From positions 9,766,485-9,830,484 of the forward strand of contig NC_134027.1 of the NCBI RefSeq assembly GCF_964204645.1: a DNA stretch of 64,000 bases. The letters run 5' to 3'. Source of the DNA: Tubulanus polymorphus (taxonomy: Eukaryota; Animalia; Nemertea). The position numbers and the translations under genes are program-made. Below are positions 52,240 to 64,000 of the stretch, one piece after another (the first letter of the stretch is position 1; each line of letters starts with the position of its first letter). Below the pieces are notes generated by a model that searched no databases, was not told where the DNA came from, and saw only the letters and a list, made by a program, of their open reading frames with translations.

Positions 52240-53310
52240 ATAAAACCAGTCGAATAATTAAGACATCACTCGACGCGAGTACGTAAGAGGTGAAAATGAG
52301 CGAACAACTGTTCACCAGCGCGATATATTCGACCAATTTGTCAGAATTCATGTATCTTTAACTACGCTTCGCGTAACAATCGACGAAGCAATGATTCCGC
52401 CCACCCGCAAAACCGTTAGCACAGAACTGCCGCTTCCGACATTCCCTAAACCTCGTCAATAACATACATCATTACCACTTGTTATAACTTGTAATCAACA
52501 TCATCCGTAGAGAATATTTGGCGCCTATTTTTTTTGTTTCGGCAAATCGCCCGAAAAATCGGCCAAAGCGATCGACTGGAACCACTTTTAAATGAAAAAT
52601 ATCTTTTAAAACCTTCTTCCACTCTGATGAATTTTCTTTAATTCTCATTATACAATATACCGACGTTTATGAAATTCATATTTCACGGTTCTACTAGTTC
52701 AAAATGTGAACACAAGATGGCAGTACCTCACGTGCCAATACTAATATATATATTTTGTTACGTTTTCATTCTCTAAATTTTAATCACTTCAGTGTTGTTT
52801 TGTAAATATTTGTATATACACGTGTAATAGTTTTCCTCCATATACCATGGAAATGGTTGGAGTGTAAATAAAATCGTAATCGTAATCGTAATCAATAGAG
52901 CGCTGAGCCAGTTGATACGAATATTCGGCGAAGTGTGTCTAATCAAACTCAATTATTGTTCTAGTATGGAATCAGGGCTGGATCCAGATGGAAGCACAGG
53001 GAGAAAATGCAATTTTTACGTGCCCTTTTGAAAATACAATGGCAATACTAGCATCTTTTTCCACCGGCAACTAATAATCAGCAGTCCATAACGCAACATT
53101 TAGCTTATATTCTCTTAAATGTCCCTCAAGTTCCCAGAAATTGTATGAAAATGCACTGAAATTTCCAAATTTTTCAGTCCTTTTTCTGACTGCATGGAAT
53201 GATACTTGCCGATTTTCGGTATGCCCTTTTCATTTCTTTGTGCTTCTGTCAAAGTCTGGGATTTCATTCTATCATCATTACTAGTAAACCTACCTGGTTA
53301 TTTGGAGATG

Positions 53311-54448
53311 TCAGCGTTCATCTGATTTCTCAGAGTGACAAGTTCCGGTTTCGCATTCCGGCTGCCTTCCAGTTAAACGCAGACGATTTCTCGCAAACCA
53401 ATCGTAGGCAATTTCCGATAAATGCGATATACCAGGTAGCCGGGTTACTGCCAATAGCCAACCCAACCCTACAGCAGCATACATCGTCCTAAATGCAGCC
53501 ACGCGCGTTTCAACCTAGAATTTAAAAAGATTCCTAGATATGAGTGAAAAGAGTACCTACCCCATAGACATGATATGAGTAAATTTAGGCCTACAAGTAC
53601 CAGTTTTTCACCGGGAAAACTGTAGAATTTTGCATGTTGAAATAATTTGGTCCACAAACAATCATTTTCATACCTGTCCAAATTTATTAATGACGGTCAT
53701 CTGTTTCATAGCTTCATCTCGGGATATACCGCAGTGAGCAGATGCACAATAATCTTCGTGCGTAATATCTACGAATTCGACATTGTTCTTTTTCTTGTCC
53801 AAATACTTCAGCACAGAGATTTCTTTTAAACAAATCGGACAGCCTCCGTCGTACAAAACCTTCAACGAATCAAGAGAATCCAGTTAAATTATAGCAGAGA
53901 ACGTAGGGGTACCCTGTGAGATCGTTTGGTATTTACACTACATCGAAGCTAAAAAACTGTAGGAAACGTATATTTGAACAGATCTGGTTAACACTTCATA
54001 TCGGACATATAACAATCATAAGGGTAAGGGTTAGTCTGAATACCAGACGTTGTTACGATCTCCGAGAAACAACGGCTGGATACTAGACTAGGTAAGGGCG
54101 AGAGAAGGATTAGGGTTAGTTTTAGTGCTATCTATTATAAATAGTTTTTTAAGATTCAGATTGTAAGATTGTAACGAGCCACGGTGGTCAAGTGGGGAGA
54201 CGCAAAAACTTTTTGTGTCAGGCCCCTGTGAGTATCTCTAATAAAAGATCTTCATTCATAAAAATTGAATTGAATTATTATTATGTAAATCTCATTATTC
54301 GTACTAATTATGGCACCTTGATTGGAGAATTCGTTTTACTGTGCTGTAGCCGATACTGTGTGATTCTTGACCAGTTACATATTACAACACGAGAAGTTGT
54401 CACTCTTCCCAATAATAATAATGCCGGCGTAATTATTTTTCTCTGCAT
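53311..54448 (-). CDS. DCC1-like (DUF393) thiol-disulfide oxidoreductase with putative mitochondrial presequence; exons 54448-54317, 53859-53674, 53514-53311; 173 aa
   Basis: MQRKIITPALLLLGRVTTSRVVICNWSRITQYRLQHSKTNSPIK|VLYDGGCPICLKEISVL...FVDI...|VETRVAAFRTMYAAVGLGWL...AYDWFARNRLRLTGR: DxxCxxC motif and C-terminal Y.WFARNR typical of DUF393; phase-0 introns. Confidence 0.88.
54032..54090. mobile_element. 59-bp TAG...CTA MITE with 9-bp TSD (Academ-like) in DCC1-like intron 1
   Basis: GGTAAGGGT|TAGTCTGAATACCAG...CTGGATACTAGACTA|GGTAAGGGC. Confidence 0.7.
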
Positions 54449-54548
54449 CTTTGAACGGTCAAATTCAACAAAATAACATTGAATTGAAATTAAATGTGGA
54501 GAACGCAGACGGCGCCACGTGACGGACGTTAAAACGTCGTTTTTTATA
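54449..54548. promoter_or_regulatory. Bidirectional promoter between DCC1-like and GPKOW
   Basis: Divergent ATGs at 54448 (-) and 54549 (+); E-box GCCACGTGAC at 54514-54523. Confidence 0.7.
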
Positions 54549-57500
54549 ATGGCCGCTGCTGCAACTGGCACTGTCTCTTTCGGCTTCTCGAAGAAAGCCA
54601 CCAATCATCAGAAATTAATTGCGAAAGATCGCACCGATGAAGTCGCTGAACTTGAGACCGATTACGTGACGTCTTTAGAAGGGAAACAAGTAGTTAGGTA
54701 AATGAGAGATCTCTGATAATTAATGATAAAATGCCTGCTGAACTGGTGTGCCGAATTGGGACTCACTCAATGGATGATTTGAAAACGGCTACTGATGATC
54801 TATTATATGCTTATTTTTTGTTAAAGCACCAAACCTGTGGAGAAGAAAAAAGAAGACTATGTGATTCCTATGATAGAGACCAATCGTTGGAGAGTGCTGA
54901 AGAGAAAGCCAGATGACGATGAAGTAGAGACGAACCCACCATCTGCCACGCCTGATGCAGATGGAGAAAAGAGAGAAAAGAGTAAAACGGCAACTGCTGA
55001 AACTGCACACAATAATGGAGATATCGACTCAATAGCTGTGAAAGAGTTGATAGCAGGTAGCCTAAGCAACATGACAACCATATTTAAGGCCATTCCTTGT
55101 AGCAAACATATTCTATTCTATCAGATGGGGTTTTATATTTCATAAATCTGTATTGATCTTTATTATATCCACTTAAAAAAAAGATATCCATTCCATATGA
55201 ATTCCTCAGTAAAATTGTTGAAAAATGGGCGGGGGAAAATTGTCCTGATAACTTCTGGTGTGAATCTTATGAATGATAACTGATTGGTTTCTAAATAAGT
55301 TTGTTTGCATAGTATAAACTAACTAGCCTATTAGCTAACTAGATTATTTCTTTACCATTTAAGATGCGGCCAGACAAAACGACATTTGGGAAAATGTCGG
55401 CAAAATCGACAAAGACTTGAAGATACCAATTTTGATGCAGAATCGAGTTCCGGATGGTTTTGAAACGGATGATAAACTTGACGTGTCACTGCGGCCCGAT
55501 GAGGTAGGTTACTTTGAAATACGGTTGGTCATCTTTCAACAAAAGGAATCTAAGACTTAATTGTTTTAATAATTAAACTATTTGTTTTATATGACAGCCC
55601 GAAGAAGCTGACTATGAAGCCATACCCATCGAGCATTTTGGCGTCGCCATGTTAAGAGGAATGGGTTGGAAAGATGGCGAAGGCATTGGTAAAAATAAAA
55701 AGTATGCATTGTTTCAACAACTTACTGTTGCTGTTTATTAGTGATAGATTAAAACAAACATAAATGCTTTGCAGAAATTTGACTATGTATCTTTCTATTT
55801 GCAGAGTCATAGCGCCTGTCAACGCCGTTCTTCGGCCGAAGGGACTCGGACTCGGCGCCTCTGCAGCCGTACTGAACGAAAGTAGGAAGAAAAACAACAA
55901 ACACAACAACAAATCGTCGAAAGAGGATGAAGAGTTGAAACTGTGTAAAGGGGCCTACTGTTTAATAGGAAGCGGTAAACACACTGACTTATATGGACAA
56001 GTAAGCGATTCTCAAAAATAGGAAACAGTCTTCTATGACCCTGATTTGGTTGTTATTCTGTGATAGGAAGGTCCAATTTTTTTATCATTATTATATATCT
56101 TATGGATTATAATTTTAGAAACTGTGGATACGGATGAGAAATAGGTCGATACTTTTCCGTAAAGCTGGATAATAAGTTCAAATTCATCTTATTCATTGTA
56201 AAATTAAAATTGTAAATGAAAAATAGGGAACTACAATAATGGAAAAAGAGCGAAAAAGAATATCTATAAATGACAAATATATACAAACAATAGTGATATT
56301 TATCAAGTCCATGATGTATAGATTTTGCGATATTTAAGAAAATTGGTTTATTAGGATCAATGAAGGCCATGCGATGAAGGCAATGAAGTATCCGGGTTTA
56401 AATTAATGATACAATTCTTAGGTTATCTTGAAGTTTACAGTATAGAAGAAAATGAGGTTTCCGACTGTCGCCAATAACTTTACAGCGAGGGCAGATTGAT
56501 TGCGCAATTTCACGTCTCGTTATACTTGTTTCAGGTTGAAGGAATCGACGAAGACAACGCCAGAGTTGTAGTGAAACTAACCATTAGTGGTCAATCGGCG
56601 ACGCTGTCACAACACTCGATTAAACTCGTTGACAAACATGAATATCAAAAATACTCGAAATATATCAGTGAGTACTAACAAACTTGCCTATCTCTTCTAT
56701 ATTTCCACGGGCCGGTTTAGGGGGTGGTCTCGGGGTCCACCATCAAGGTTGCCCTTTTCGCCAAGACGTAGGATCGTTAAAACCTTTTAATTTGACACTC
56801 ATCCTCTCGGAAGTTGCAACCTATCAGACATATTTCTTTGAATATATCTAAAACCGATTGTAACCGATCTAATAAAGGCCTTTGATTTGGCTGCTTCTTC
56901 GGAGAAATGCCTTTTCTGTTCTTCTGGACCCCGGCCTTCCAATTTTCCTAAATCTGCTCCTGTATTACAAGCAGCTTTAGCTCAATTCCTTAAATCGCAA
57001 TGATTTGTTTACGATTTGTTTCCGATGCAGATAAAGGAAAAGCTGATAAGTATAAAGAAAAGCAACAAGAGAAACTGAGAATGAGCGACGATGAAAAACG
57101 AGATAGAAATACTAAAAGTTATAGCGAGTCGGGTTCGGAGAGCGACTCTTCCGAGAAACATCGGCGAAAACAGAGTAAAAAGAAACGAAAGCACAAACAT
57201 AAGGATGACGACCGGCATAGACACGAAGATCGAAAAAAAGAAAGTCGGAAACGGAAATACGAAGAGGAGGAGCATATCAGGTGAGTTTTGAAAAAGCTAC
57301 AACAGATACATGACTATAGCAAAAGTCATCCTTGAAAATAGTAAAGAACAGCATGATTGATTTCAGGCTCATCAGGTATAATGTATGAAATAACCTATGT
57401 ACAGAAGGGCATGTAGTTGAGTTTTGAAAACCCTGATTAAATCTCAAGTTTCCAATTGTTGTTCCTCATTCGAACATCAATTTCTTGTCTATCAAATTGC

Positions 57501-59182
57501 GGCTTCATGCAAGCTATGTCCTTTACTGGAAACAATGAAAAAATGTATGACCAAATAATTGATAGGTGTTAAGTTTTTGAAATATCCGATGTCGTTTTCT
57601 GCGTCGGCGATTTCTGATCATATCAATGCTGGATAGTATAGAACGTATTCTATTTCAATTTCTAAATTCTAATTCGTTTCTTGTTTCAGTGAATCAAAGA
57701 AGACTCCAAAATCGTCGCCAGATTCAAAATTATGGGTTCAGTCACAGCTACGTGTTCGTATTATAGATAAATATTATAAAAAAGGAAAATATTATAATGC
57801 CAAGGTAACTAAACAATACAGAACCGAGTTCCACTGAAATGAGTGATAATTCAACTCTAAAGAGTTTTGTGTAATTGACAAAGAGTTATATTTGTAACTC
57901 ACTGCTGTGGAACTTGATGTGTCAAAAGTTGAACTCATTTTCAATCAATCAACCTACGAGTCGAATCAAACCCAGAATGATGGAACTGGTTCCAGATTCA
58001 TTCATTATGGTACAATCTCTCGGAATATGTTGTGGGTATTGTTCATTACAGGTAGAAGTTGTCGATGTTATAGACAAGAACAACTGTATATGTAAATACG
58101 AAGGTAAATTGTTAGAAGGTAAGAATCTCATTTAGGACTCGATAATGCAGTAAGATATAGATAGAAAATTTATATGATGCAATCAACTACGCTTACATTG
58201 CAAGATAAAAATATAGGATTTATCGTTGAAAGATACTTATTATTCTGATCAAATGAAATGTACAATATTTCTACATATAAACAATCACGATATAAGGGTT
58301 GTTGACTATAACTCTAAATTAGCAAATATTTCACGTGCCATATATGTGTATGAATTTTACTGATGTTTGAGTTCTTATTTGTCTATTGTTTATTTACTCG
58401 TAGAATTACCTCAATCATCACTGGAAACAGTAGTACCGAAATCTCATCCCAGTCACGTTAAAATCGTTCACGGGTCGTATTGTGGACAGGTAAACAATTT
58501 TCAAAGTGTTAGTTGTAAATGCAATGTATTCTAAATCCTAAATGTCAGATGATGTTTGTTCGATAAAAGGAAGTTTAGTATTAGTAAATTAAGAACCATA
58601 ATTCCGAGAAACTTGAAATTATGTATTATGCATAGCACATTATCTATGACAGTCTACATTATTTTTCAAAACGTTGTTGTTTGAAATAAAAGAATTTAAC
58701 ACGTTCGCTGCCAACTTGATAATATGATGCTGCCACCAATTGTCGCAATGGATAAACTGATAGGTTGGCAAATTGATCGATGTGCATTGAGAAAAAAGCT
58801 GAGTTCACATTGCCAGCCAATCGGGAACTGTCATTCCTGTGTGCCTAGTGCGAACATCTAACCGTAGATCAACTACGAATATATTGGTAGTGGCACTGGT
58901 GACAGAACCGGCTGCGAACGTGTTTAAGCTTTCAGCCTTGAGAAATAACTCGACGTCAATTGTCAGGATTTAAGTTTGCGATACACATGCTTACGATAGA
59001 CTGCAAAATCACAATTTACAATTACGTATTTTCTTTTTCAGCTCGGTGAAATAATCGAACGCGATAAAGGCAAGGAAACTTGTACGGTACAGTTGTTGAG
59101 CAATCGGGATAAAGCATTGACGCTGCATTTAGACAATATATGTGAATATTTAGGCGATATAGACACTTTGATGGATTACTGA
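54549..59182 (+). CDS. GPKOW: G-patch domain and KOW motif protein (Spp2/MOS2-like spliceosomal factor); exons 54549-54697, 54827-55056, 55364-55503, 55598-55701, 55805-56000, 56535-56667, 57031-57280, 57690-57804, 58052-58118, 58404-58489, 59042-59182
   Basis: N-terminal VSFGFSKK and YVIPMI, G-patch [28 protein letters not shown] followed by [12 protein letters not shown] regions ([14 protein letters not shown]; [24 protein letters not shown]; LETVVPK; DNICEY). Phases are consistent. Confidence 0.95.
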
Positions 59183-59467
59183 ATCATTGGAGGAACTTAA
59201 TTGTGGATCTGCTGATCTACCGCATTAGAAGCAGAAAATGTAGAAATTAGTCCAAAATAATTATGAATAAATCGGTGTTATTTACAATACAGCAATGTTT
59301 CTGTACATCATGTATTTTGATATCTCGTGTAAACTATTGTGAATAATTTATATATTTTGTAAAAAGAAAAAAGTATTTTATGATCGAAATTAAGGGTAGT
59401 TTTTGTCACTGGGTCCGATTATTAATGGATTTACTGAATTTCTATCGCGTCGTATCTGGTGTAGATA

Positions 59468-59658
59468 TAGTCTGAATACCAGTAGTTGTTACCGGTTCCC
59501 TACAAGTTGTTTGAGTTGTTTGGGGAACAACGGCTAGGTACCATCCTCGCTTGCCAGGGGTCCGGTATCACTCCCGAACTCGCTTCCACCAGGGGGAACA
59601 GCTTTAGCGTAGTAGGTTCGAATCCCTTGACGGGTGAAGATGGCTAGGTACTAGACTA
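59468..59658. mobile_element. Nested MITEs: outer TAGTCT...AGACTA element with inner CATCCTC...GAAGATG element (59542-59642)
   Basis: Outer TSD GTGTAGATA/GTGTAAATA; inner perfect TSD GCTAGGTAC (59533-59541, 59643-59651). The outer element matches 54032-54090. Confidence 0.75.
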
Positions 59659-59719
59659 GTGTAAATATAAAAGGACAACGAACGCCGGGTGCGACCCGCA
59701 ACCCACCGTGAATTGACCG

Positions 59720-59815
59720 TATAGTGCTGCCACCTCGTAGGGAATCCCGGCACTCGTAGGAATTCTCTTTTAGTGACGTCACGGCCGGTTGGCGAGTTTG
59801 ACGTGGCAAGTGAAT
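59720..59815 (+). promoter_or_regulatory. ARF promoter with CRE palindrome and UPRE/CREB3-type site
   Basis: GTGACGTCAC at 59773-59782 and TGACGTGGCA at 59799-59808, ~135-170 bp upstream of the ATG. Confidence 0.6.
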
Positions 59816-59943
59816 AAGATTTTCATCTGAAAATCCTGCGGGTGTTGCTGTTTTATCAGGTCGTTGTTGGTTTTCCGACAGTTTTCTGTAATCAGATCTT
59901 CGCACCTTCACATTAACATCGTCGAAAACGTGTGAAATTCAAG

Positions 59944-62409
<2,466 letters not shown>

Positions 62410-64000
62410 TCCGAGTCGAGCGCATTTAGGAGCGAACTTTAAAAAAAAGTAACGGAACGATAATATACCGATAATGTAGACACGTTTTCATCAGTTGCCG
62501 ATTCACGAGTCGGGAAGCCGACCGTCGAACGTCGGCGTGAAGTGTGTACGTGAATTTTCGTCTGCTACGCGCTCTCGTGAATTGTCAACTGTGTGCGGTA
62601 GACGCCAACCGAATCTTCCTCACGGATCGAGCCTGCTCAACGCAGTTTATTGAACAACAACTTTGTCCGGGTGCAGTACTGGTTTCGTCGAATTTAGACG
62701 AGGCGCGTATAAAATAATACTGTGTAGATTATTGACTGCCTCATTTGCTTCATTGCGGTTGTTAACAGTAGATTATGCATCAGTTTGAGATCATATCTCT
62801 CAAGCTTACAAGCATTAGTAGTAATTTATTTAATACGGTGAACAAATGAGGGTATTTGTCAGTCTGATCATTTTATCGAAAAATGAACAGATCATTTTAT
62901 CAAAAATGAAATTGGTTCTAACACAATTTTGACGTTTGCTGCCAGTATCGTTTCTAAAGGTCGGTCATGACCTACGCTAGTTGGTATGGATTTGTTCTAT
63001 TTTGAGGATGGTTTAACGCATCGTGTTTGTTACAGGTAGCAAAAATCCTCAAAATGAATGAATCTGATAGGTTTATCTCAACATATGAATAAAGAAAGTA
63101 TCATTCCTTCAGGTCCTGTAGTATGACTAGAGGCAGTCTAACATATTCCAGTTTATACGTACGTACTCTTCCATTTTGTGATGTTCCTACTTCTGTGAGT
63201 GTACAGAGACCTCGCATTCATCTATATTTGTTGAGAGTATGGACTTTTTCTGGTAGAAGTAAGGCAATTAATTGCATAGGATACAGTATGTAAATCAAAT
63301 TAAAAGTTGGCTTTGAGTTTCGGTGAGGAAAATCTTGTAAATAAATCGTCTTATTTTACGGTGCATTTTATGTGTTTATTACGACGCAAATATTCAAAAC
63401 AACTTGAATATAACACTCCAGATTGCTATTGGTATGATTCTTTTGGTAACCACTCTCCTGTATACTCGAATAACTTACTTGAAAATCAGTTTTTTTAAAT
63501 TGCTGACACATAAAACTTTTTTTGGGATCTTGCTACAACCTGTCTTGTTCGAGATATTTTCTCTTTAGAAATACTGCGGTTCTATTTTCTATTTTTTTTC
63601 TCATTGTTTGGTCAGTTGGGTGTTAGACGGTTAATTTATTTCTCCATCTGCTGCGTATGTTATAATATATAAAAAAAGTCCTGAATGAAAACAGCATGTA
63701 ATTGTACATTGTATTTATCTAAATATGTGAAATAAATTTTCAGTAAATGAATTAATAAACTTGTCTCTTCGTGTCATACTGGTATAATCTTCGCCCAAAC
63801 CACTGCACGGGAGTGAGTAGAAGACAGAGTGCTAGCGTCTTTGTCATTTTGCAAGGCATTAAATACCGTCTTTAACACCCATTGTGCAGAAAGATGTGAC
63901 TGCAACACCGAGCTACCAATTTTCCCCGATTTTCAGGTGCAGTCCCTGAAAATGCCTCTCTGTCCCTGGTATTTTTCTTGATGCTATTGAAAATCTAATG

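Noticed and set aside
53913-54008. Alternative proximal first exon or microexon for the DCC1-like gene
   Set aside because: The ATG at 54008 hits a stop after 6 codons; exon 54448-54317 gives a better in-frame PIK|VLYDG junction and a presequence.
57360-57380. Hammerhead-like CTGATGAGCCTGAAA on the - strand in a GPKOW intron
   Set aside because: Stem II is too short and I see no supporting stems I/III.
59585-59640. tRNA gene (GGTTCGAATCCC)
   Set aside because: Only a B-box-like motif inside a MITE; I could not fold a cloverleaf.

Overview
Intron-rich, AT-rich animal genomic DNA (probably an invertebrate; taxon is inference only), not prokaryotic. I reconstructed seven spliced protein-coding genes by hand from GT-AG boundaries and frame continuity: the 5' part of an SLC35A2-like UDP-galactose transporter (-), CHCHD4/Mia40 (-), an unrecognised 7-exon ~298-aa gene with a degenerate CBM20-like domain (+), a 16-exon LRIG receptor (-), a DCC1/DUF393-like thiol-disulfide oxidoreductase (-), GPKOW (+) and a class II ARF (+). 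About 20 kb upstream of LRIG lacks recognisable genes and holds many MITE/SINE remnants. The most unusual structure is a ~3.6 kb non-coding element (5311-8932) with terminal inverted repeats whose own end sequence has been amplified internally into a ~45-unit, two-variant tandem array. It looks superficially CRISPR-like but is not CRISPR. Other notable points are a 100-bp ATG-to-ATG bidirectional promoter, nested MITEs with 9-bp target duplications, MITEs with 5-bp target duplications, and CREB3/UPRE-type motifs upstream of the ARF. No database searches were run; family calls rest on recalled motifs.
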